DNA from: Eledone cirrhosa
Taxonomy: Eukaryota
DNA: 64,000 nt
Assembly (NCBI GenBank): GCA_964016885.1
Contig: OZ024753.1
Location: 41,664,001 to 41,728,000 of the forward strand
Reading direction: 5' to 3'
Below, one piece after another: positions 1 through 13,373 of this stretch. The notes below the pieces were generated by a model that worked only from the letters and a program-made list of their open reading frames with translations, was not told the origin of the DNA and did no database searches. How positions within the stretch are numbered: position 1 is the stretch's first letter; each line of letters begins with the position of its first letter. Made by a program: the position numbers and the translations under genes.

Positions 1-1110
1 TCATCACCACCACCACCACCACCACCCACAACACCACCACCACCACCCACAACATTACCACCACCAACAACACCAACATCACCACCACCACCACACCACC
101 ATCACCACCACCACAACACCCATAACACCACCAACAACAACACCAACAACACCACCACCACCACACCAACATCACCACCACCACAACACCCATAACACCA
201 CCAACAACAACACCAACAACACCACCACCACCACACCACCATCACCACCACCACAACACCCATAACACCACCAACAACAACACCAACAACACCACCACCA
301 CCACACCATCATCACCACCACCACCACCACCACCCACAACATCACCACCACCACCACACCACCATCACCACCACCACAACACCCACAACACCACCACCAC
401 AACACCCACAACACCACCACCACAACACCCACAACACCACCAACAACATCACCACCACCACCACACCAACATCACCACCACCACAACACCCACAACACCA
501 CCACCAACAACACCAACATCACCACCACCACAACACCAACATCACCACCACCACAACACCCACAACACCACCACCACAACACCCACAACACCACCACCAC
601 CACCACCACCATCACCACCACCACAACACCCACAACACCACCAACAACAACACCAACAACACCACCACCAACAACACCAACACCACCACCACCACCACAC
701 CACCATCACCACCACCACAACACCCACAACACCACCAACAACAACACCAACATCACCACCACCACAACACCCACAACACCACCACCAACAACACCAACAT
801 CACCACCACCACAACACCCACAACACCACCACCAACAACACCAACATCACCACCACCACAACACCCACAACACCACCACCACAACACCCACAACACCACC
901 ACCACAACACCCACAACACCACCACCATAACACCACCATCACCACCACCACAACACCCACAACACCACCAACAACAACACCAACAACACCACCACCAACA
1001 ACACCAACATCACCACCACCACAACACCCACAACACCACCACCAACAACACCAACAACACCACCACCACAACACCCACAACACCACCACCACAACACCAC
1101 CAACAACAAC
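1..1110. repeat. (CAC/CAA)n degenerate trinucleotide microsatellite
   Basis: Continuous CCA/ACA/CAC low-complexity tract; the V/W/C/G-rich ORFs over it are artefacts. Confidence 0.95.
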
Positions 1111-1483
1111 AGTAGATATAAGCTTAGTATGAAGGGTTTAATTGCGTTCAGTGTTTGTGTGATGAATGTTAAAGAAACAATGTTTATATATTTATATATT
1201 TATATATTTATATATTGTAGTTTAATCCATGTTTCGCGTAGTTGGGACTTAATTAGCAACAAAGCTCAACGAAGGTTACATGGCTTTGATTTTCAAAAGT
1301 GGGATCCGTCTTATTTTGTGAAAGCTCTCTAGTAACGGGCGACTGGGAGCTCTTTAGTAATATATCTTGTGGAATTAAACCCTGCTGACAAGTCTTATTA
1401 ACTCCTCCCAAGCTGTCTCTTCTACCTTCGTCGGTTTACGACGAGGATTATTTCAGTGGAATGATCAGACACTTATACTGTAA

Positions 1484-1670
1484 TAACTGTTTCTACTTTT
1501 AGCACAAGGCCAGCAATTATCTCAGTACGTTACTGGTACTTTATTTTATCGACCCCATAAGGATAAAAGGCAAAGTTAACCTCGGCGGGATTTGAACTCA
1601 GAATGACAAGGGCCGTAACTCTATGCGTCAAAGCATGGAGTCCGACCCTCTACCGATACTGCCAGTCCAC
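1484..1670 (-). mobile_element. tRNA-derived SINE (family S1), near full length
   Basis: Minus strand has A-box-like TGGCAGTATCGG, B-box-like GAGTTCAAATCC and conserved body GGGGTCGATAAAATAAAGTACCAGT; flanked by the near-direct repeat CACTTATAYTGTAATAAC. Confidence 0.9.
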
Positions 1671-1699
1671 TTATATTGTAATAACGAGATGGATGACTG

Positions 1700-1865
1700 T
1701 ACTTGTCATACACTGTGTTGTGCTGAATCTCCCTGAGAACTGAGTTAAGGGTTCATGTGTCTGTGGAATGTTCAGCCACATGCTATAATACAAGATGGAC
1801 GACTGTTCCTGTAATTCAAAGAGCCAGCCTTGTTACACAATGACCTGCTGAATCTCCCTGAGAAT
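1700..1865 (+). mobile_element. Two fragments of SINE family S2 body
   Basis: TGCTGAATCTCCCTGAGAA motif occurs twice; homologous to 14445-14763, 23075-23240 and 52037-52190. Confidence 0.65.
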
Positions 1866-2020
1866 TTTATGATTTCATTCGAACGAAACAGTTCTACTCA
1901 TGCACAGAATTATTAAAAGCTGGAGAGCTGCTCTTTTAATGATTCTGTTACTGTCTACCTTGGGTAACCAAGAAAGTCTTGGACATCTACAAGAAATGTA
2001 AAGTGAATTTATAGGTTAAA

Positions 2021-4290
2021 CCAATGTGATAAGGGTATTTAGGGCTTCAAAGTGACTTGATAAGCCAAAGCAATGCGATCTGGGTGCTTAGAGCCCTAAA
2101 TTGATTCAATAGGCGGAACCAATGTGATAAGGGTATTTAGGGCTTCAAAGTGACTTGATAAGCCAAAGCAATGCGATCTGGGTGCTTAGAGCCCTAAATT
2201 GATTCAATAGGCGGAACCAATGTGATAAGGGTATTTAGGGCTTCAAAGTGACTTGATAAGCCAAAGCAATGCGATCTGGGTGCTTAGAGCCCTAAATTGA
2301 TTCAATAGGCGGAACCAATGTGATATGGGTATTTAGGGCTTCAAAGTGACTTGATAAGCCAAAGCAATGCGATCTGGGTGCTTAGAGCCCTAAATTGATT
2401 CAATAGGCGGAACCAATGTGATATGGGTATTTAGGGCTTCAAAGTGACTTGATAAGCCAAAGCAATGCGATCTGGGTGCTTAGAGCCCTAAATTGATTCA
2501 ATAGGCGGAACCAATGTGATTTGGGTATTTAGGGCTTCAAAGTGACTTGATAAGCCAAAGCAATGCGATCTGGGTGCTTAGAGCCCTAAATTGATTCAAT
2601 AGGCGGAACCAATGTGATATGGGTATTTAGGGCTTCAAAGTGACTTGATAAGCCAAAGCAATGCGATCTGGGTGCTTAGAGCCCTAAATTGATTCAATAG
2701 GCGGAACCAATGTGATTTGGGTATTTAGGGCTTCAAAGTGACTTGATAAGCCAAAGCAATGCGATCTGGGTGCTTAGAGCCCTAAATTGATTCAATAGGC
2801 GGAACCAATGTGATTTGGGTATTTAGGGCTTCAAAGTGACTTGATAAGCCAAAGCAATGCGATCTGGGTGCTTAGAGCCCTAAATTGATTCAATAGGCGG
2901 AACCAATGTGATATGGGTATTTAGGGCTTCAAAGTGACTTGATAAGCCAAAGCAATGCGATCTGGGTGCTTAGAGCCCTAAATTGATTCAATAGGCGGAA
3001 CCAATGTGATTTGGGTATTTAGGGCTTCAAAGTGACTTGATAAGCCAAAGCAATGCGATCTGGGTGCTTAGAGCCCTAAATTGATTCAATAGGCGGAACC
3101 AATGTGATTTGGGTATTTAGGGCTTCAAAGTGACTTGATAAGCCAAAGCAATGCGATCTGGGTGCTTAGAGCCCTAAATTGATTCAATAGGCGGAACCAA
3201 TGTGATTTGGGTATTTAGGGCTTCAAAGTGACTTGATAAGCCAAAGCAATGCGATCTGGGTGCTTAGAGCCCTAAATTGATTCAATAGGCGGAACCAATG
3301 TGATTTGGGTATTTAGGGCTTCAAAGTGACTTGATAAGCCAAAGCAATGCGATCTGGGTGCTTAGAGCCCTAAATTGATTCAATAGGCGGAACCAATGTG
3401 ATTTGGGTATTTAGGGCTTCAAAGTGACTTGATAAGCCAAAGCAATGCGATCTGGGTGCTTAGAGCCCTAAATTGATTCAATAGGCGGAACCAATGTGAT
3501 TTGGGTATTTAGGGCTTCAAAGTGACTTGATAAGCCAAAGCAATGCGATCTGGGTGCTTAGAGCCCTAAATTGATTCAATAGGCGGAACCAATGTGATTT
3601 GGGTATTTAGGGCTTCAAAGTGACTTGATAAGCCAAAGCAATGCGATCTGGGTGCTTAGAGCCCTAAATTGATTCAATAGGCGGAACCAATGTGATTTGG
3701 GTATTTAGGGCTTCAAAGTGACTTGATAAGCCAAAGCAATGCGATCTGGGTGCTTAGAGCCCTAAATTGATTCAATAGGCGGAACCAATGTGATTTGGGT
3801 ATTTAGGGCTTCAAAGTGACTTGATAAGCCAAAGCAATGCGATCTGGGTGCTTAGAGCCCTAAATTGATTCAATAGGCGGAACCAATGTGATTTGGGTAT
3901 TTAGGGCTTCAAAGTGACTTGATAAGCCAAAGCAATGCGATCTGGGTGCTTAGAGCCCTAAATTGATTCAATAGGCGGAACCAATGTGATTTGGGTATTT
4001 AGGGCTTCAAAGTGACTTGATAAGCCAAAGCAATGCGATCTGGGTGCTTAGAGCCCTAAATTGATTCAATAGGCGGAACCAATGTGATTTGGGTATTTAG
4101 GGCTTCAAAGTGACTTGATAAGCCAAAGCAATGCGATCTGGGTGCTTAGAGCCCTAAATTGATTCAATAGGCGGAACCAATGTGATTTGGGTATTTAGGG
4201 CTTCAAAGTGACTTGATAAGCCAAAGCAATGCGATCTGGGTGCTTAGAGCCCTAAATTGATTCAATAGGCGGAACCAATGTGATTTGGGT
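2021..4290. repeat. 98-bp tandem satellite, 23 full copies plus 16 bp
   Basis: CCAATGTGAT recurs at 2021, 2119, 2217 ... 4275; copies differ only at unit positions 11-12. Confidence 0.98.
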
Positions 4291-4500
4291 GTTCAGGGTC
4301 CAAAATTATACAAAACTTAGTCCAACTGATGTCAGTGAAAATTGTATTACCCATAACTGAAACAGGTAAAAAATTGCTGCAGCTTTGAACAAAATACCTT
4401 GCAATAGTTGTTCCATCAAGGTTTCCATTCATCTCTCCAAGGTCGATACAATAAAGTACAAAACAAATTTTAAGGGGAAACCTACTCTCGCACTCTGCTC

Positions 4501-4538
<38 letters not shown>

Positions 4539-4960
4539 ACTCTGCTCTCTCTCTCTCTCACTCTCTCACGCACACATTCTGATATTTGCTCTCACTCATA
4601 CTCCCGTCTTCTCTCTGCTCTCTCTCTTACTCCCTTCTTTTTCTTCTCTCTCTGTCTCTCTCACACACACACACTCTCTTCCTCTCTCTCTCTCTTTCTT
4701 CCTTTCTCTCTCTCTCTCTCTTTCTCTCTCTCATATAACCTGGATGTTCCATAGGGAGTGGAAGTTGTCAGGAGGCGCTGGGTGTCTGTTCGCGACTACG
4801 GGGTCACCTGAAACGTATTTGGCGAAATGCATTGTGGGTGGGAGTGAATATCAAGTCATACTCGATTGAATGTGACGGCCGTAGTATAAACCTGAATATA
4901 TATGTAAATGGGTGTTTACGTATGTCTGTGTATTTGTATGTGCCTATATATGTGTGTGTG

Positions 4961-5415
4961 TGTGTATTTGTGTTTATGTGAGTGTCTGTGTGTTTGTGTT
5001 TATGTGAGTGTCTGTGTGTTTGTGTTTATGTGAGTGTCTGTGTGTTTGTGTTTATGTGAGTGTCTGTGTGTTTGTGTTTATGTGAGTGTCTGTGTGTTTG
5101 TGTTTATGTGAGTGTCTGTGTGTTTGTGTTTATGTGAGTGTCTGTGTGTTTGTGTTTATGTGAGTGTCTGTGTGTTTGTGTTTATGTGAGTGTCTGTGTG
5201 TTTGTGTTTATGTGAGTGTCTGTGTGTTTGTGTTTATGTGAGTGTCTGTGTGTTTGTGTTTATGTGAGTGTCTGTGTGTTTGTGTTTATGTGAGTGTCTG
5301 TGTGTTTGTGTTTATGTGAGTGTCTGTGTGTTTGTGTTTATGTGAGTGTCTGTGTGTTTGTGTTTATGTGAGTGTCTGTGTGTTTGTGTTTATGTAAGTG
5401 TCTGTGTGTTTGTGT
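4961..5415. repeat. 26-bp GT-rich minisatellite
   Basis: Unit TGTGTTTGTGTTTATGTGAGTGTCTG, period 26 (4981, 5007 ...). Confidence 0.92.
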
Positions 5416-5496
5416 GGGTGGGTTTGTATTTATGTCTGCGTGTGTGTATTTTTTGTGGATGTGTTTGTGTGGACGTGTGCACGAGTGTGGACCTAC

Positions 5497-5890
5497 ATGT
5501 ATGTTTTTGTGTGTGTTTATGTATGTTTTTGTGTGTGTTTATGTATGTTTTTGTGTGTGTTTATGTATGTTTTTGTGTGTGTTTATGTATGTTTTTGTGT
5601 GTGTTTATGTATGTTTTTGTGTGTGTTTATGTATGTTTTTGTGTGTGTTTATGTATGTTTTTGTGTGTGTTTATGTATGTTTTTGTGTGTGTTTATGTAT
5701 GTTTTTGTGTGTATTTATGTATGTTTTTGTGTGTATTTATGTATGTTTTTCTGTGTGTTTATGTATGTTTTTGTGTGTGTTTATGTATATTTTTGTGTGT
5801 GTTTATGTATGTTTTTGTGTGTGTTTATGTATGTTTTTGTGTGTGTTTATGTATGTTTTTGTGTGTGTTTATGTATGTTTTTGTATGTGT
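5497..5890. repeat. 22-bp GT-rich minisatellite
   Basis: Unit TATGTATGTTTTTGTGTGTGTT, period 22 (5521, 5543 ...). Confidence 0.92.
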
Positions 5891-5982
5891 GTCTGTGTGT
5901 GTTTCTCTATCTAGTGTGAATGTGTGAAATAATTAGTGGCATCATACCTTTAAAGATGAGTTACTTTGACATGATTGTGTGT

Positions 5983-6701
<719 letters not shown>

Positions 6702-6860
6702 CAAGATGGTGGTTCACCATTAGATTTGAACCTGAACAGATCATATTACACATGTTGTCAGAATCGAATTAGCCTCTCATTCTCAAGAGAGGGAAAAGTC
6801 ACAACAGATTAGAGATAAGGATGACACCTTGATGTACACATACATATATACATACATACA

Positions 6861-6896
<36 letters not shown>

Positions 6897-6984
6897 CACA
6901 CACATACACACACACACACCAGTCACATCAGTCAGAGCAATCACACTTTCACGCGGTACACAACAAAGAGACAGCTGATCCCTC

Positions 6985-7040
<56 letters not shown>

Positions 7041-7216
7041 GGTGTTATATGTTGGTGGTGGGGAGGGCACCCCGCAACTCTTGGTCGAATCATAAGGGCT
7101 CCGTTGTGAAATTGTGAAATACAGCCTGTCTTGTGGATCTACCCCTTTCCAGTCTGAACACAGCCGAACACAGCCGACGATTTTCCATTTATATATATAT
7201 ATATATATATATATAT

Positions 7217-7340
7217 GGAAAAATGTTTAACCCCGACGGCAGAGCTCAAGCCGTTTCGACGGGGTTAAACATTTTCCTATTACCCACTCTACTACCCTAA
7301 GTATTGAATACTCTGGTGCGTTATGGTCCATCTGGTTCCT
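7217..7340 (+). mobile_element. TA-embedded mini-element family C with inverted 5' arm
   Basis: GGAAAAATGTTTAACCCCG...CGGGGTTAAACATTTTCC inverted pair, then the conserved tail TATTACCCACTCTACTACCCTAAG...CCTTCATTA into (TA)n. Confidence 0.85.
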
Positions 7341-7382
7341 TACCACACTTCCTTCATTATATATATATATATATAAGTGTAT

Positions 7383-7560
7383 AGTATCGGTAGAGGGTCG
7401 GACGCCATGCTTTGACGCATAGAGTTACGGCCCTTGCCATTCTGAGTTCAAATCCCGCCGAGGTTAACTTTGCCTTTCATCCTTACGAGGTCGATAAAAT
7501 AAAGTACCAGTAATGCACTGGGATAATTGATGGCCTTGTGCCAAAAGTAGAAACAATTAT
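7383..7560 (+). mobile_element. SINE family S1
   Basis: AGTATCGGTAGAGGGTCGGACGCC...GAGTTCAAATCC...GTAGAAACAATTA. Confidence 0.9.
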
Positions 7561-7842
7561 ATATATATATATATATATATAAATATATATATGAGGAGGC
7601 TTCTTCCATGGACCCCGGACTCATGTTGGGGTCGCATGGGCGCCTACTTGGGCATTTAAAATCTCACAGAGCCCAATTCTCCAGAAATCTTCCTATAAAA
7701 CATCTTAATCCTTTCATTATCATATACAGACCTGTCAATTTTCCCCGTCCGACAGAGAGATCTCCCACACTTTAGGGTGGCTAGGAGAGATGTCTTCTCT
7801 TGTGAAAATGGGTATAGCTTTCATTATGTAAAATCTCTCTTA

Positions 7843-8033
7843 GGGCGGTGAATTGGCAGTATCGGTAGAGGGTTGGACGCCATGCTTTATAGCATAGTTA
7901 CGTCCCTTTACAGTCTGAGTTCAAATCCCGCCGAGGTTAACTTTGCCTTTCATCCTTACGGGGTCGATAAAATAAAGTACCAGTAATGTACTGGGTAATT
8001 TGCTGGCCTTGTGCCTAAAGTAGAAACAATTAT
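7843..8033 (+). mobile_element. SINE family S1, full length with TSD
   Basis: A/B boxes present; flanked by direct repeat ATTATGTAAAATCTC. Confidence 0.92.
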
Positions 8034-8367
8034 GTAAAATCTCCCCATTGTGCCTCATTTCTCCCCGTTTGGGGGCACTTTTCTCATGGTACTCCCCGTT
8101 TGGGTTTTTAGAGGTTGGCAGGTCTACGATCTAGCTGTAAATATGTGATTGTTATACCCACTATATAACAATATCAAGTACTTCATTATAAGCACAATAC
8201 ACACACTGAGTTTCGTTACTTCTCTAAATATAAAGAAAAGACACTTGTGTTCACTATAGTATTCAACTGATATTGAAAACTTTGAGGAGAAAAAGATACC
8301 ATGAACAAACTATGTAACGCATGAAATCCTCCACAACAATGTCTTGTGTATTTTGTTTTGATTTCAG

Positions 8368-8408
8368 ATATTGAACAAGATGGCGACCAGATGCCAACGA
8401 CGAGATAA
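8368..8408 (+). other. Possible short terminal coding exon
   Basis: Strong acceptor TTTTGTTTTGATTTCAG at 8351-8367; phase-1 reading (D)IEQDGDQMPTTR-stop; no upstream exon identified in the window. Confidence 0.3.
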
Positions 8409-8432
8409 AGATGCGAGAACGAGAAACCATTT

Positions 8433-8468
<36 letters not shown>

Positions 8469-8524
8469 TGTTGGAAATGACTTCTCGCAGCTTTACCTAT
8501 CTATCTATATATTTATATATCTAT

Positions 8525-8579
<55 letters not shown>

Positions 8580-9499
8580 GTTCATTATCTCAAGTACCAA
8601 GTATTCTGTATTCTAACTAGTTTAATATTGGTTTAATCCTGATAGATAGATATAGATATCTATATAGAGAGATAGATATATAGATATATATATAGAGAGA
8701 TAGATATATAGATAGATATATAGAGAGATAGATAGGTAGATATTTATATATATATATATATATAGAAAGAAAGAAAGAGAGAGAAAGAGAATTTCGTTAT
8801 ATAATATTTATTATTTGTGGCTGATTTAATCTCCCCAACCCGCAGCCCACGTCACACCACTCCACCCTACCCCCTCCTAAATTTCTGACCTTGTGCCTAA
8901 ACTAGAAACAATTATTATCATTATTGTTTCCGTTTTGTCAAGTCATTGTCATCAGTTTGAATCCAGTCGTTAAAGATAGGTAGGAGTTGCTATAGGGGAT
9001 TTAACCACGCCCTACACCTTTTTTTTTCTGATTTTCGTTGTTTCAAATTTTTTCTTTTTTTTCTTTTTTTTTTGGGGGGGGGGTGAAAGGGAGTGGAGTG
9101 TCTATTATAGTAAACAAAAGAGAAAATAAATATTTTCTTGTTTAACCCCCTAAAGAGGCCTCGCGATTTCAAAGAGTGTGATCACTTGGACGGGAGTAGA
9201 AGCCAAAGAACTAATTATAATTGACCTCACACAAATTAATGACACACACACACACTCTCTCTCTCTCTCTCTCTCTTTCTCTAACACACACACACACACA
9301 CTCGTCCTTTCTTTGACCATTTATAGAACATGGAAGACTTTTTAAACACCATAGCTATGTATTTACTCTCTTTCCAACTAATTTACTCTCTATCCCAAAA
9401 AATGAAAGATATATATATTAAAAACGCATTTTTTTTATCCATTTATATACTATATATATCCATATCTACATATGGATATATATATATATATATATATTA

Positions 9500-9610
9500 T
9501 CACAGATTAAAAGTTGAAGTAAACAATTTCAAAAAATCCCGTATAGGGAAGAAAGCAAAAATTGTTTGCTTAAACTTCTTACCTGTGTTAGTAATAAATA
9601 TTTGTTCTGT

Positions 9611-9616
<6 letters not shown>
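9500..9616 (+). mobile_element. Diverged family B hammerhead-like mini-element
   Basis: TCCC-GTATA-GGGA, GAA-AGCAAA-AATTG-TTTGCT-T-AAACT, with a short inverted arm; lies between (TA)n tracts. Confidence 0.65.
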
Positions 9617-9671
<55 letters not shown>

Positions 9672-9773
9672 GACAAGTACATATGTTGTTGAGGTGTATA
9701 ATATTGTCAATACTCTGATATGCCCAGTTCCTGGTTGGGTTGTTATTTCACTGAGGAACTGGAATCATAAACT

Positions 9774-9813
<40 letters not shown>

Positions 9814-10002
9814 CAATGGTATTAAATAAATGGAAGCTATATTTATAAAACCATATTTATTTTATTATATATATTATAAGCTATTATAGAGCCCTCTCTG
9901 GGGTTTGGTCTTTATATTTATTATTGTTACTACTATATATATCCCTTTATTATGGCTAGGTGTTTGAGTCTTGTTATTCTGGAGTTTCACCTGCACACTC
10001 TC

Positions 10003-10067
<65 letters not shown>

Positions 10068-10399
10068 TGCATCATGTCATATTATATTATGTATTATATT
10101 ATGAGGCGGTAGTGACTGTATCGGGAGCAAGAGTGACTGTATATGTAGGGTGATGTATACAATGGCTTGCCATGTTTAGTTACGTTCCAGAAAGCTCCAG
10201 TCCCGAGGCTTTGCTTTTAATATTTCCTCTTCCGGTTTCAATAAGACAACCACTACAGGAGTTATGGTTCGTGCCAATGTTAAAATCAATATTTGGAGGG
10301 TGAAGCGAGGGTTAGTGTGTTAACAATGGCGATGTGGTGGTATAAATATATTGTGGTATTAAACTATTTATATACCAAACCGCTTGAAACTGTTCCTTG

Positions 10400-10978
10400 T
10401 TCTAAGATCTTAACCTGTTTATTTTATATCTATCTAAATACCTTTCACCATAATTTTATGTAAGAACCTTTAAGTTATGTTCCAGCCCCCTTCCCTTGCT
10501 TTACGATATTAACCTGTTTGTTTTAAAGTGTTTATATTTATCTAAATACTTTCCACCATAAACTTATGTAAGAATCTTTGCTAAGTTATGCGCCAAACAC
10601 CAGATAAATGAAGAGAGACTAAATACCTCCAAATTCTTGTCCAATTGTAATATAATTCGAAAATCATGGGTAGTGTCTTTCTTTAGAAATATGAAAATGG
10701 GTTAAATTAAGTCACTAAAACTCACAACATTCTTGATTATTTTCAAAATTATTGGCAGTGTCATTCATTAGAAACACAGTAAACAAAAGTGTTAGAGTCT
10801 TAGAGTGTTTATATTTATCTAAAAGACTTCCGTTGCAATTTTATGTAAAAACCTTTATATTCCAAACACCAACTTAATGCTAAAGTTAGTTATATTACTA
10901 AAACTCGCGAAATTTTTGATTATTTTCAAAGCTATAGGCAGTGTTCTTCATTAGAAATATATTAAGGAAAGGGTTAAA
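10400..10978 (-). mobile_element. Cluster of decayed TTAA-ended (piggyBac-like) MITE copies
   Basis: Repeated ends ...TTAGAAATAT...GGGTTAA at about 10705 and 10978; internal segments are duplicated and homologous to 11240-11575. Confidence 0.45.
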
Positions 10979-11016
10979 TCTGATAGTATATTAGATTTCA
11001 TTATTTAGACATCATT

Positions 11017-11060
11017 GCACTGGGTAATTGCTGGCCTTGTGCCTAACGTAGAAACAATTA
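11017..11060 (+). mobile_element. 5'-truncated SINE S1 tail with 17-bp TSD
   Basis: ATTATTTAGACATCATT at 11000-11016 and 11057-11073. Confidence 0.85.
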
Positions 11061-11239
11061 TTTAGACATCATTCAATAATATTTTCATAATCACATTGAA
11101 AAATAAACAGGAAAATCTTTCGTTATTTTTAAAATCTGACGCAAATATCAGAAATACGAGTAATCGAATTAATGCAGCCTTTTAAGGCTTTATTTTCAAA
11201 GAATTTAAAGGATTTTTTTGCTCTTTCAAAATAGAAACC

Positions 11240-11575
11240 TTAATCTTTACGTTACTATATTTCTAATGAAATTCACATTGCTTCTTCTGCTATAAATTGC
11301 TGCCGATAGATAGTATCAACATTGTTTCCTTGGTCCGATTTGACGAGCTCCACCCCACTCAGTAAGCGAATAAGGCCTGGGATGTTGTCGATCGACTAGT
11401 AATATATCTAACTTTCTCATAAGTTGATTGTTTGGAATATAATTTAACAAATGTTCTTACATGAAATTATGATGGAGGGTTTTTGGATAAATAGAAAGAT
11501 TTGAAAACAAACAGTTTTGAGTTGTAGAACCAAGGTCCGTTCAGACGGTTTCGTATAAAAAACATTGGTTATTAG
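11240..11575 (+). mobile_element. Decayed piggyBac-like MITE with a nested unclassified repeat (about 11295-11420)
   Basis: Begins TTAATCTTTACGTTACTATATTTCTAATGAA, matching the reverse complement of the end at 10978; nested part is homologous to 43365-43510. Confidence 0.45.
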
Positions 11576-11689
11576 GTTATATATTGACATATACGATAGC
11601 TTTATCACTCATTAATAGTTCGGTTTATTCCCGATAGGCTTTCCTGATATGGCAGCCATTTTGAAACAACAATACCATTGCAAAACAAT

Positions 11690-11788
<99 letters not shown>

Positions 11789-11930
11789 AGAGAGAGAGAG
11801 AGAGATGGGTGTGTATCGATACAGGATTCAGAATATATCGTCTCTTATTTATCTGGCGATTTTTTTCTTTTATTTTGCATGAGAATACATACAACATTAA
11901 TATATAAAAATGCATCTATATACATATATA

Positions 11931-12010
11931 CAGGGTATCCCCAAAAGATGTATATACATATTTATTAGAATGGTGTTGAAGTGTGTAGACAATTTGGGGG
12001 GACACCCTGT
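11931..12010. mobile_element. Tc1/mariner-type MITE, about 80 bp
   Basis: TA|CAGGGTATCCCCAAAA ... TTTGGGGGACACCCTG|TA; relatives at 35385-35421 and 49397-49484. Confidence 0.75.
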
Positions 12011-12111
12011 ATATTTGAATGTACGTGTGTAAGGGATTTTCTTAAGACGTATACGATTTACACATATCAACTGATCTAAATTTCTTAATTATTAATACAT
12101 GATTGAGTTTA

Positions 12112-12188
<77 letters not shown>

Positions 12189-12231
12189 GAGAAGAAAGAA
12201 GAATACTGCGTGGTTGCACATGGGTTACATA

Positions 12232-12346
12232 TGATAAAATTAGTCCCTCGTCAGTGATTTGCCAACCATCATTGATATTTCATCGCATTAAAAATCATAT
12301 ACCTCAGGTTGGTGCGAGCAATAACTAAAAAAAGCTATTGGGACAA

Positions 12347-12347
<1 letters not shown>
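12232..12347 (-). mobile_element. TA-associated mini-element family D
   Basis: Homologous to 48662-48780; minus strand ends in CTGACGAGGGACTAA, a hammerhead 5' half. Confidence 0.6.
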
Positions 12348-12389
<42 letters not shown>

Positions 12390-12426
12390 AATGAGTCGAT
12401 AATACAACCATGTAATGTATGTGTGT

Positions 12427-12540
<114 letters not shown>

Positions 12541-13161
12541 TAATAATTTAGGAATTCTTCATTTACTGAAATTTGTTTTCTGATGTGGAAATAGAAAACA
12601 AAAGAGTCCCAAAACGTAGGGGAGATAACTTCAAGAAGTTAATATAATTTCTCAATTTAACTTTCATGTTCATGTTTAGTAAAAGGACAGTGTGATACTT
12701 TATATACAAGCAAGAAACCACTATGGGCTAATGACTATTGCCCAAGATGACATGCAATGGTATTGAACCTGTGACCCTATGATTGCTAAGCTAACTTCTT
12801 CCCCATTCGACCATAGTGCGTTCACTGCTTTTCCTATAAACAGGTGTACAGTAAATCGGTGAACAGGTGTTGTTATTTATTGATCTGACCCGATACCTCG
12901 GCCCTACATGGCCCCTCATGGTCAGAGATAGGAAGCCATGGAGGTCAACAAGGAGAGGTTCCTCCAACAGGAGTGAAAAGGCCCTGGATTTCGGATTTTG
13001 AATTTTGGGTTATGAATACATATTTTGAACTAATGTTACAACCGACATACAGGTTAGTTTATGTAAGGTGTGTTGATTAACACACGGATTAAAACACGTG
13101 TGTGTCTATGTTACATGTTTATATATGTATCAAGGTACGTACGTATATGCATGTATGTGTG

Positions 13162-13216
<55 letters not shown>

Positions 13217-13296
13217 GGGGAGCTTAAAATAAATGCCTACAATATTTCAATCACATCACATTGGCTCTGAAATTAACGTGAACGTATGTCTATATA

Positions 13297-13373
<77 letters not shown>

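Noticed and set aside
2021-4290. CRISPR-like or ribozyme-bearing (retrozyme) array
   Set aside because: No unique spacers and no cas genes; no CUGANGA/GAAA core on either strand
7843-7935. tRNA genes at A/B-box motifs
   Set aside because: They are SINE heads followed by the SINE body; no cloverleaf is evident
9715-9770. Hairpin CCAGTTCCT..AGGAACTGG after CTGATA
   Set aside because: No GAAA box or stem I in the right positions; not called a hammerhead
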